From: Octopus sinensis
Lineage: Eukaryota
DNA length: 64,000 nt
Assembly: GCF_006345805.1 (NCBI RefSeq)
Contig: NC_043008.1
Coordinates: 27,032,001 to 27,096,000, forward strand
Direction: 5' to 3'
Every line of letters begins with the position of its first letter. The first letter of the stretch is position 1. Shown in pieces: positions 23,346 through 35,418 of the stretch. A program made the translations under genes and the position numbers. The notes under the pieces were generated by a model. That model worked only from the letters and a program-made list of their open reading frames with translations. It ran no database searches and had not been told where the DNA came from.

Positions 23346-26319
23346 AAATGACACAGATAGAATAAGTACCAGGTTGTAAAGTATACTGGGGTCGATTCGT
23401 TGAACTAAAATTCTTGGAGGTGGTGCTCCAGCATGGCTGCAATTTAACACTGTCACACTCACACACCAGAATTAAGTGTTAGCATAAAGAAAAACAAAAT
23501 TATTGAAATGAGCCATAACAGTCATACTGAAAAAATGACATACGCAACTGTCACAATCATTTAAAGGGAAAGAGGTCATCATTTATAGGTTCTAGTGGGA
23601 AAATATCTAAACTTATACATATGGCTATAGGAGATGTTAAAAGTTAACGAAAATATCCCAGTACATTTTTGGATCGATTACAAAAAGCATCCAAATATCA
23701 AAAGAAAAAATGAGAAACAGAAATACAAAATATAAAAATAGTTAAATAAAATATTAGCTATAGCAACAATTTCATGACAAATCATTAGTTATTTGTTATG
23801 AAAACGGTTACGCCTCTGAACGTACAATTTGCTTCTGGCGTAACTCTATTGTGAAGAGCTACGTAAACATAAATTAGAAATGAGGGCATATCATACAGTA
23901 ATATAGCTATCAGCTAGTATATAAACAAAATGCCGAGAAAAAGTAACGGTGCAGGGAGTAAACTTGAAATCGTAAACAAGTGCAAGGTATACTTGCAAAT
24001 GAATTTATCGCTTTATTACAAAGACCATAGTATTTGTATGAATCTTCGAGAAGAAAGTAAGTCCATAAGTCTCGAGCATTTCCGTTCTACTTGTCTCTAT
24101 TCGTCTCATCATTTCGTATTGTTCAACTGAGCAGAAAACATTGTGCAAATATTTTTTTCCTTTTCTTGAACGTCAATGTCTGGAATTTCCTTCTTGCTTT
24201 TGTCGTTCCCTCTAGTGTGGCTTTATAAAGATTCAAAAGGTGTATTAAATAGCATCAATCCCATCTAACTTGGAGGGCCTACGAAGGCCATTAGAACAGT
24301 TCCTTTCTTCTGAACTTAGAAGTAAGGCATTTTTAATACATGATGGATAACATTGTTCAGTTGCTAAAATGAAAACCTTTAGGAAGTTGTATTTCAAATT
24401 TCTAACTTCCCTATTCTTCACTTTGAAAATTAAATGCCGGTCAGGGCAGGTCTGTAAACTTGATCTCTAACATTGCTACAAAAAAAGAAAGAAAACCAAG
24501 AGACAATGATCAAGGTCACCACTGGACTGGTCAATTTCTCCGCAACAATTGGAAATTGTGTATTAAGAACAAACTGTACGTTGAGACACTAGAGTAGAGG
24601 TGCGCTTTCATTCTGTAGAATTGTGCAAGTAAATATGATTTTCTTTTTATATCAGAATATATTTCGATTAAGCTGTATTTAAAAGCTAAGCAGATTTTTT
24701 AGTCACTTATATAAAACAATATACAAATATCAAAAGACATTAAGTCAGTGAATTGTGAAGATAGCATTAGAAGTATATGGAAACAAAATTTTTAAAATGA
24801 ATTAACAATGCTATACATCATATGAAAATGCTAAAGAGATTTCTGCAAATTCAAACGATCAAATGAAAAGATATAGATTCTACAAATAGCTATACAAGCA
24901 AATACGAATTGCATAATATAAAGATACATACGACATTTTCAGGTTTACATAATAATAGGCACTAATTTTTAGATACTTTTAACTTAAAAAGTTTCGAAGA
25001 TGGGGCAGTCTTGAAAATTCACCAAATGCACCGTGAGAAATGTTCACTCTAGGCTTGGAGCAATTAAGACAAATGAATCAAAATATTGGAGCCATCTCCG
25101 ACCTAATTGAGCGACCAAATGATATCAGTTGCAGACATAAGGCCAATGTATCACATTTATGGTGCGATTTGAATTTGCCCACGGCATATGTTAAACGAAA
25201 GAAGGCCCCTATTGCTGCCAATGCCACACCCTGAGAAAGAACCACCACCACCACCACCACCACAACAACAACAACAACAATAAAAGCAACAACAACGACA
25301 ACAGCGAGAAAGCACTGCAAGTGCAACAACAACAGCTGCAAGTGCAGAATCAGATGCAGTAGTCACAAAAACAGGAACAACAGCAACAGCAGCATTAACA
25401 CTAACCAAAACCGTAATAACCTTACAAGATGTAATCAGCCCCACTTAAACGTGGAGGTTCTTTTTGAACAAACGTTACTGCAGAAGATATTATGAAAGAA
25501 ACTCTTATATAGGCTTTTGATGCAAAATGCACTTTTGTTTATATCGTTAACGGGGAGAGATATCCCCACCACCTCCAGCGCCGAGACACCAGTTCACGTG
25601 ATTTCAACCTTTCTTGTTCTCATCAATGATGGACTTTCAAGATAAGAGTGATTTATCTCCCTGCAGGCGATGTATAGAAAATCAATGTCAGAACAGGTGC
25701 TGGTGTTGCGGTTAGAAAGTGAGCTTGTTAAAAAATAATACATCAACAAAACATCAGTAGCACGATCACTAGCAACGTCTACAGCAACATGAACAGACAA
25801 AGAATGGAAAAAGATGAAAAAAATGGATAGAAAAATGTCTCTATGATGAGAAAGAAAGGATGAAAAAAGAAAAATGCTCTTTGACAAAAAATCAACACCG
25901 AAACCACAACACCAACAACATAGAATACGTCAACCCTAAATTTACCACAACAAACACAAACACAACCGAGTCTACCAGCAAAACAACGACGAGGACAATA
26001 TCCGTAAAGAAGCATACCAGGGATAACGAACAAAGAATTGAAGAATCACATACATCAACATGCAAATATTTCACAATTAAAATACCACACAGGAAAATCT
26101 GCAAATCTAATCCTAAAAAACAACATAAGAGAAAGAATAACTCCCATCGCAATGGGAGATTTTCGTACAACAGCTAGAAGATATATATATATAAAATTTA
26201 CTCTTGGAAACTCCTACAAGTGACCCGAAGTGAAATATCATTCGCTATTCCACAACGAGATATTATCATTTTATCGCTTTTATTCAGCATGGCTTTATGC
26301 ACAATAGCAGTGTGAAGGA

Positions 26320-26815
26320 ATTCCACGAATGCATGTGGAGGTCTTGCAAGTAAAACCTTCCACAGAACGACCTCAGGTTACTAAACTTAGATGTATTAGT
26401 CAGCAGAGGAACCAGAATCTCCGAGGCACGAGCTTGAAACCCATGTTCGATAAGTACGAAACCTGTCACTCGTAATTCGGTTAGTAGATTGGCAGAGTCA
26501 CGATGTTGTTTCTGAAAAGCCTGGATCAGCAAATACCAACTATATTCCTGGACGTAACCAGTATTCAGGGTCATCACTTCAGAGTAGAGGTTATCTACGT
26601 CCCGAGAGATGTGGCGAGACCAGATTTTTAAGGTGCCTAGTGTTTCTTAGGAAGGACCTGCTACTCAGTGATGATGGTAGATTGGAACGGCATCTTGGAT
26701 ACATGATGGGGCCGAGTGGATCTGGTTGATTAGAGAATTGGTGCAAACATGCTTGTGGGGTACTGGACGGAGAAAATAAATTCTTTGGCGTCTTGTTTGG
26801 TCCTGATATCCACGA
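26320..26815 (+). mobile_element. Tx1/L1-like LINE apurinic endonuclease fragment
   Basis: Across frameshifts: GLASKTF..RLLNLDVLVSRGTRISEARA...VMMVDWNGILD (APE GDWN motif). Confidence 0.65.
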
Positions 26816-27039
26816 ACTGGGAGTTTGTTGTTGTTGTAGTTGTAGTATTAGTAGTAGTAGTAGTTGTTGTTGTTGTTCTTCTTCTTCTTCGTCTTTTTCT
26901 TTTTCTTCTAGCTTCTCGTATATGAAAAAAGTATCTATTATTTTGTATTAAGATTCAGGGAACACTATGGGTGGGATGGAGCAGTAATCTTATTCATCAA
27001 CGTTTGTGTTACATGAGTAGACTTGGATAAATATACATT

Positions 27040-27380
27040 TTTAAAGAAATACAATCAGCTCCTACAACATAGATTAGAAATATCTCAGATGTCGCATATA
27101 TACAAGAAGTTATCGGGTTGTTCCATACTAGCTTCAATAAAATATACCTGAAGACATGTCAATATAGCAAGGGCTCTATATAATCCTAGTGATCTATTTT
27201 AAGGGCTGCAGCGAATAGCTTTCTGATAATCATACCAACACCCATATGCCTGAGATTTAATCCTGTACAATTGTATAGTTTTGTTTTCTAGTGGGTTTCC
27301 TTCTGGGCAAGCTCCGGCATAGTTAATGATGCTGTTCTGCTCTTGATAATTTTAGTTCGTTGTTCAGATCACGCAGTGAT
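27040..27380 (-). mobile_element. Possible second R4-like RT remnant
   Basis: Minus translation includes WYDYQKA, like the R4 WIDYKKAYD motif; otherwise very decayed. Confidence 0.3.
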
Positions 27381-27902
27381 AAAATAATTACTCAAACGCC
27401 AGACATACTCCAGTAAATCCGTTAGCAAATTGTTTCGTTACTGTAGTATTGGCGCTAATAATGGTTTTGGTGTTAATGCAGGCAGTAGTACTGGCATTAC
27501 TAATTTCTATGCACATTTCACCGTTCTGTTTGGCACTACTGTACTTCTTGCTACTGTTACTGTTAACCTGAAGTAATTGCAGTGGTGTTAATGGTAGTGT
27601 TAGTACAGGTTTTGGTACAACTGTTACTACTTTTGAATATTTTGACTTTTCTGAATGAAACCGTTTTGTTGATGTTGTATTCACAGCTGTTATCACCCAA
27701 CTTCTTCCACCTTATGATATTTCTTTAAATATGTAACTTTGATTTTAAAAACAACATTCTACCAAAAGTATCTGGCATACGACCAGATGGTCGACTTATT
27801 AACGAAAGTTGCAACAATATCAACATAATGCGTGTTTTAAGTATCCAAGCAAAACAAAAACTTAGGAGCAAATTTCGAAGACAGGTTTCTAGGACAATAA
27901 TC

Positions 27903-28095
27903 ATGAGAAGAAGAAGTAGAAGAAGAAGAAGAACAAAAATTAAAAGAAAAAGAAGAAGAAGAAGTAGAAGAAGAAGAAGAAGAAGAAGAAAAAGAAGAAG
28001 AAGCAGAAGAAGAAGAAGAAGAAGAAGAAGTAGAAGAAAGAGAAGAAGAAGAAGAAGAAGAAGAAGAAGAAGAAGAAGAAGAAGAAGAAGAAGAA

Positions 28096-28127
<32 letters not shown>

Positions 28128-28200
28128 AGAAGAAGAAAAGGAAGAAGATGATGATGATGAAGAAGATTGAGGGGAAAGAGGAGACGCAGAAGAAGATGAA
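27903..28200. repeat. (GAA)n microsatellite
   Basis: Direct reading; source of the poly-R ORF. Confidence 0.95.
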
Positions 28201-28437
28201 TCGAACTACAAATTTAAGATTCTGAAGTAGTCTAACAGCAGTCAGTAGAAACTTTAATGCTTTAAAACATCTGTAAAAGTGAATGTAATATTAAATGTAG
28301 ATGTGGAAAGCGACATTGCATTATAACCTAGAGTTTATTACAAGCAAGCATCCAAGCATACATGCATACGCACTCACACATACATAAATACATACATATA
28401 TATATATATACATATATATACATACATATATATATAT

Positions 28438-28492
<55 letters not shown>

Positions 28493-29547
28493 TATATATA
28501 TATATATATTATATATATATATATATATATATGTATAAATGTATATAAATATGTATATGTGTGTGTTTGTTCATATGTATGTATACATAGTCAATTGTCT
28601 TGGGAAACTTTCTGATCTTCTGTTTTCAATTTGATGTCTTGAAAAACTTTTAGCTATTTTAGCTTCGAAATAGTTTGTCAGTTAGCAGGCAAGTGGCATC
28701 TGAAGGAGTTGACCTCATATCAGAATTGGACAGCATTTAAACCATTTACTCTTCTTGTTTCTGTCATTATCGCTCAGTCACACTGTAACTTCAGGTTTCT
28801 CTGGCTGCTATTCTTCACAGACACACTTGCGTTTTTCTTTACTACGCACTTCTTTCATCCTGCAGTTAACTGTAAGATCAATGAGGTGAGATCAACTAAG
28901 ATAACCTTTAACATGATATCGGAAATATCTATGCATATTTTATCCTTATTTCTATATTTTGGTTTCGTTATTACTATTATTGCTGTTGTTATTGATGATT
29001 TTGCTTAGATGGTAGTTGCGAAAACTGAAGCAGTAAAACGGCGTAGTAGGAATTTTAACCCTTTTCTCTCTATATATTCTGAGATGCACTGGAGCTAAAA
29101 CAGCTTGAATTTTGAAGGTGTCTCATTTCACACTTTCAGTACATGTGTACATATATATATATATATATCTATAGTCATATGTTTTATATAGATATTAAAA
29201 GTACCATTTGAATTTAAATATTTGAGATAAAAGTCGTTACCACTGAGAATTATGAAATAGAGTATAAAGTATATACTGATTCTTTAAAAAACGTAAATTA
29301 TTTTACAGAAATGATATCCTTCCCAATGTAAAAAAAATTCATAACATTCTTCTACAAAAAGAAGAGAAATAGTTTTGAATTCAATATTAGACCAACATGG
29401 TTTACGGCAATGTCTGCACGTGACGTATAAACACAAGTATATTACTCGGTAGTCTCGTAGTCTCTATCATAAATACGTCATCAAAATTTTAGGCTCGCAC
29501 ATCAAAGTTTTGATCATATTTATATATATATAATATATATATATATG

Positions 29548-29620
<73 letters not shown>

Positions 29621-29903
29621 GCATATACATATATTTATATACATATATACGTATGAGTGTGTGCGTGTGTACAGTCATGTCGAATAAGAGAACATTGAAA
29701 AGAACAATAACAAAATAATTGATGGATGGAATGTATTAGTTTCACACTTGGTAACAAGAAGATTTTTGACGTTTCGGGCATAGCTCTTCGTTGAAAAGGA
29801 AAAATATCACCAACAGCACGTGTGTATTTATATATGTGTGTGTGTATATATACATACATATATTTATGCATATATATACACATATACATACATACACATG
29901 TAT

Positions 29904-29978
<75 letters not shown>

Positions 29979-29979
<1 letters not shown>

Positions 29980-31233
29980 TAGGTCGTCAATTATGACATT
30001 TGTAGAAAAGAAAAAAGTTTGCTATTATTTTATAAATACAAGGAATACTTTCATTCATCAAACTGGGCATCTATATTGTCAATACACGTTTTGCAATTTC
30101 AGCCGTAGCTTGACCATCCCTGAACTGTAAAAGCTTGGCAATCTAGAGTCAATAAAATCTTGGAAGGCCTGCTTTACAGCATCGTTGGAATTAAATGTTT
30201 TTCCTATCAAAAAGTTATCCAAATTCTGGAAGAAGTGGTAGACAGTGGCGGCATGATCAGGTGAATATGTTGGATGATGGAGAACTTCCAACTCCAAATC
30301 CTGTAGTTTCGCCAAAGTCATTTTTGCGATGCGTTGTCAGGCGTTGTCTTACAAGAAAATAGGAGTGGATCTGTTGAATAATCTAGGCTTCTGCCTCATG
30401 TAGTCCAGTTGACTGCAGTATACTTCGGCCGTGATTGATGAGCCAGGTTTAATGAAATCCTAAAGGATCATATCTGCGCTAGACCATCAAACACACATCA
30501 TGAGCCCCTTTTGATGAATTTTGCTTTTTGAACTGTGTTTGGTGGCTCGTCTTTGCCCAGCCATTGTGCTAAACGTTTACGTTTGTTCTATTGGATCCAT
30601 TTCTCATTACATGTTACAATCCGATTCAAAACTGATTTATTTTAGTGTCGAGAAAGTAGCATAATGCTGGCTTTCAAACGTTGCTGTTTCTGAATTTCAT
30701 TGAGTTCATGTGGAATCCACTTATCCAATTTTTTCACTTTACCGATTTGAGCTAGGCGAGTCAGTATTGTTTGCCAGACAACAACGATAATTCACGAGCA
30801 CCTTGGGATAGTTCTGAGTCGACGGTAGCTTTCAGTTCGTCATTATCCACCTTTGTTTCTGGTCGATCCCGTTGCTTATTTGTGAGGTCAAAGTTACCAG
30901 AACGAAAGTTTGCAAACCAAATTGATACTGTTTGCTGTGTAATAAAATTAGAATGATACACTCCATTAATATTCCGAGCCATCTCTGATGCTGTATTTCC
31001 AAGAAAGAACTCATATTTCAAAACTGTACGAATTTCTGACTGATTCATCTCTAAACAAAAATAGAAAAAACGATTTATAAATACTTTACAAAGCGAAAAA
31101 TAAGTTAGAATACACAAATAGATGTGTCACCTTTCTACAAAGAATGAAAATTGTCAAAATATGATAATGGCGCAAAATGATCAGCTGTCAAAATTTACCA
31201 TATACCTTACTACAAATTTCATACTTGACCTTA
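29979..31233 (-). mobile_element. Full-length decayed mariner (cecropia/Hsmar1-like) transposon
   Basis: TIRs TTAGGTC..TATGACATTTGTAG / TAAGGTC..TATGAAATTTGTAG with TA flanks; HTH ORF 30761..31117 (EIRTVLKYEF..WFANFRSG..VDNDELKA) and HPTYSPD..YHFFQNLDNFL in 30079..30321. Confidence 0.92.
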
Positions 31234-31261
31234 TATATGTTTTATATATATATATATATAT

Positions 31262-32573
31262 ATGAAATATATATATTAAAAAAATACAAAATGGGACAAG
31301 AACGCAAAACACTCAAATAGACGACACAAAAAACGGACGGGTCATTCGAAGCCTCTAATCTTCAGTCAAGAACCGGATCATCCTCGCAATTTCGGCTGAT
31401 TAATCTTGAGATTGATCCGATCCAGCCAGCCCCAAGGAAAAACTAAGCTACGAGCATTAGATTTCTTGGAAAAAGGATCGACTGTATACGAAACAAGGAC
31501 AGAAAAGCGGACGATGCCACACAAATATAAATACAAAAAACAATAATAGTAATAACAGGACAAAAACAGCGGGTGTCTTACGACTTTAGACAGTTCAACT
31601 TGGAAAAAATGCCTTAACGGCAGACGAAGAGATCGATGTTGTCGTGGCGGTGGTCAGAAGCCGAAAGGCTAGTTGACCGGCGGTCACGTAAGAGGAGAAG
31701 AGAGAGAAATAAAAGGGGCAAAGGAATCAAAGAGAGAGAGAAAAAGAGGGACAAGGGCACCAAAGGAGGGAAGAAGAGAGAGAAAGAATGAATTAAAGAG
31801 GGGAGAAGAAAGAGAGCGTGCCAAGGATTGGCTTGACGACAGAATCAGTGAGGTGCAAAGTGAGAAAGACAGAGAAATGTGAGGGAGTGGGGATAGAGGA
31901 GACCAAAGAATCAGAGGCGAGAAAAGAGAAAGACAGAGACTAGTGAAGAATAGAGAAAGTGTGTGTAGAAGTCGTACAGTATTGAAATGCTTACATACAT
32001 AAGAGAACAAGATGTACGTTACGCCGCAATAATATATTTACTCTTTTACTCTTTTACTTGTTTCAGTCATTTGACTGCGGCCATGCTGGAGCACCACCTT
32101 TAGTCGAGCAAATCGACCTCGGGACTTATTCTTTGTAAGCCCAGTACTTATTCTATCGGTCTTTTTTGCCGAACCGCTAAGTGACGGGGACGTAAACACA
32201 CCAGCATCGGTTGTCAAGCAATGCTAGGGAGACAAACACAAACACATACACACACATACATATACACACATATATATATACGACAGGCTTCTTTCAGTTT
32301 CCGTCTACCAAATACACCTACAAGGCATTGGTCGGCCCGGGGCTATAGCAGAAGACACTTGCCCAAGATGCCACGCAGTGGGACTGAACCCGGAACCATG
32401 AGGTTGGTTAGCAAGCTACTTACCACACAGCCACTCCTGCGCCTATATGTATAAAATATATATATAAAAAATACAAAATAGGACAAGAACGCAAAACACT
32501 CAAATAGACGACACAAAAAACGGACAGGTCATTCGAAGCCTCTAATCTTCAGTCAAGAACCGGATCATCCTCG

Positions 32574-32575
<2 letters not shown>
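31262..32575 (-). mobile_element. Non-autonomous element with ~125-bp direct terminal repeats and a purine/pyrimidine-skewed interior
   Basis: 31262-31392 repeated almost identically at 32450-32575; a diverged third copy at 48635-48900. Confidence 0.65.
32038..32444 (-). mobile_element. SINE family A, full length, CpG-intact
   Basis: Complete head to (TTTTAC)n tail; inserted inside the direct-repeat element. Confidence 0.92.
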
Positions 32576-32652
<77 letters not shown>

Positions 32653-33199
32653 AAGAAAGAAAGAATGTGGAAGAGAAATATGTTTCGCCACCTTTATCAT
32701 AGAAAAATAAATTTATCTTAGTGTATAATAGGAAATATATTTTATAACACGTATGTATTAATGAATATAATATCAATTATGTAGTAAGGTTGAATAAGTT
32801 ATAAATTAGTACAGATAAAAGAGCTTGCTCATCAGGTAAAAAAATATCACAGCTACATTCATTCATCTCCACAATACATATATACAAACGCAGAGAATCT
32901 GCTTTTAAAATACTGCTGTATGAAAAACAATAAGTAATAGAATCAATAGAATGGCTTACTCTAAGTGTGGGGGAAGGAGATTTAAGCAAGATAATAAAAA
33001 GTAAACAATGGGTTACGCAGGTAGTATCCTGGAAGTAAAAACAGTACTTTTTGCAAACAAATTGCGATGCAAGTGTTACCAGTTGAAAGCTCCACATACC
33101 GGATGCTTGTAAATTTATGTGGTCATCAGGAGAAAACGCGCGCCGTTTTGAGGCCTTCCTCTCGACGGTGTCACTGCTCACCGACCCTCTTTCAATGAA

Positions 33200-33990
33200 A
33201 TGAGGCGCCGCTTGCTAGAGCAACTGATTATATAGCTCAACATTCTTATAGCCATTTCCCATAGTCTCTTTTTAAACAAAACCAGTGGCTTACTTTACCA
33301 CTGTAGTTTGGATATCACTCGCGGTGGTATTTGCTTTACGATAAGTTAGGCCTAACTATTACAATAGTCGCCTCATACTGCGTCCAACGAATTCTTTACA
33401 TCCGACTTCGATAAGAAGACGCTCCTCTTTTCAGTCTGCATCTTCACATTCCTCGAAGAGGTTTACATAACGGTCAGTCTTTCGAGCCTGAGCGGCAGCC
33501 ATGTCATCTCCATCAGGAACCGTTAACTCGATTAGATTTACAACTTTCTTTCGCACCATATTATGATATCCGGTTTCTTCGTAACTGAGATGGGAAAGAA
33601 ACACTGGTACCCTGGTAATTCTGCGGCCACCACCCAATAGCCGTTCCACTTTTCATCACACACAGGAAGTTTCTTATTCTTGAAACAGATCTGATGTCCT
33701 GAGCGCACGAAGGTAATAAAATCTCTGATTGGTTCTTTTAAAAGTTTTTTGCCACTGTTGATGAGAGCAATTCAGTTCTTTATAGCATTGAAGATAACGT
33801 TAAGTATTAGATTGTGCCTCCATGTATATCTATTCAATGTCAGTGAACAGTTGGAAAGAATATGCTTTAGTGTTCCGGCTTCTCCGCATATTCATATATC
33901 ATTTTCTGACACGTTCTATCTTACTAGGTTTGTAGGCAATGGCAGGACATCGTAGGATGAACGAATTGGAAAACTTAAACGTGATGTAGT
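33200..33990 (-). mobile_element. HERO-like RLE non-LTR retrotransposon 3-prime end (CCHC finger + restriction-like endonuclease)
   Basis: Manual translation RLSFPIRSSYDVLPLPTNLVR..ICGEAGTLKHILSNC..RYTWRHN; ORF 33431..33649 IELTVP..AAQARKTDRY; then IEVGCKEFVGRSM. Confidence 0.85.
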
Positions 33991-34399
33991 GCACTTTCAT
34001 ATTTCATTCCATCTTATTTTTCTCTCAACAATGACTTCCTCCCATTTCGTTATCTGTCCTTGCTGAGAGCATTGGATCAAATGAATCTCTCTTCTCTGTC
34101 TTCCTTGCTTTGACGCTGTTGCTAACAACAAATCTGCATTCTCTTAGCGTCATGATCTGTGACAAATTCAAGTCTCTTCCGAGGGACAAGTTAGGAAATT
34201 AGAATTGCAAATTTAATATTTTAAGACAAAAATTATCAATATGGCCTCCCAAATCGTGGGAAACGAAGGCAGTTGGAACAGCCGTTATGACATTTCACTT
34301 CCACCACTACTTGATGTGGCCCAGAAACGAAGCACAGACAACAGCAACAACAGCAACAACATCATCACCATCATCAAATTAGTTAAGCGGGCATTGAAG

Positions 34400-35030
34400 A
34401 GTTCAATCATAAACAACAAATGGTGTTTAGAGTAGGTTTTGTAAATCATTATCAACAGAACGGAATAATATAGAGTGAAACTTAGAAATTTAGAAGAGGC
34501 ACTTAGGAAAGGCATTGCAACTGACGTACTGGTAACGAGATCGGCCCTGGACCAATTCATCAACGCTAAGGATGCACTTCAGAGCTAAGGCGTGTGCTAT
34601 AAGAAACGAGGGAACGAAAGTCGCTCGATGGGCCGGGGTAACACAGGTGCCATGTGGCTACAAAGCCACAATTCAGTCTTTGGTGGACCAAATTGTGGGC
34701 ATGGTACTCGAGTCCTACCAGATGTGCGCGGCATTTCAACAGCCCAGCTATTTGGGGCGAATGGCAGTTCGGAATGCAGATGGACTTCAATGCCTATCTC
34801 GTCAGCATACCACAAATCTAGAAAAGGAGGCGGGGAGCGTTGCGAAATGTCGATAGCAGCTGCAAAAATACTGGATGTGATGATGAGTTGCAGGGAGTGG
34901 GGGCAAATCGCCTGATTTAAATTATCTGCTCTCCGTGCATTACTTGCACATGTCAGACTTGTTTGTTAGAGCTTCTTAGCAGACATGTATCGCAACTGGC
35001 TGCAGAACGGGAGAATTCCAGGTCATGACG
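34400..35030 (+). mobile_element. Tx1/L1-like LINE ORF2 fragment upstream of RT
   Basis: RAKACAIRNEGTKVARW..ATIQSLVDQ..AQLFGANG..GKSPDL (GKSPG motif of RT domain 0). Confidence 0.65.
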
Positions 35031-35364
35031 AGGTTTGTTAATATTAACATTAATATAAATAATAAGTTCTTACAAAAATCTGTGCATTCACTGTGGACAA
35101 AAAAATTATTTCCTATTAATTTTTGCTTAAGTGTGGGAATTATACATTGAAAGAAAAATATATTCTCATGAACATTGAGTTGAAGTGAAAGATATATACT
35201 TAACGGTGAAGTTTACATTTAGGGAGAGAAATAAACAAAAATGAAACGATGAGTAGTGGACGTTTCAAGCGAGTGAATTTTCTCACAAGGAAAATTTATA
35301 AGAAATTCTGAATTGTATAATCTCTTGGGAAGACTTTATCTACTTGATGCAGAAATCAACACAT

Positions 35365-35418
<54 letters not shown>

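Noticed and set aside
31320-31350. Hammerhead from CTGAAGA/CTGAGGA..CGAAT in the direct-repeat family (also 32548, 48714)
   Set aside because: GAAA is GAAT, stem II is inconsistent between copies and stem I does not pair.
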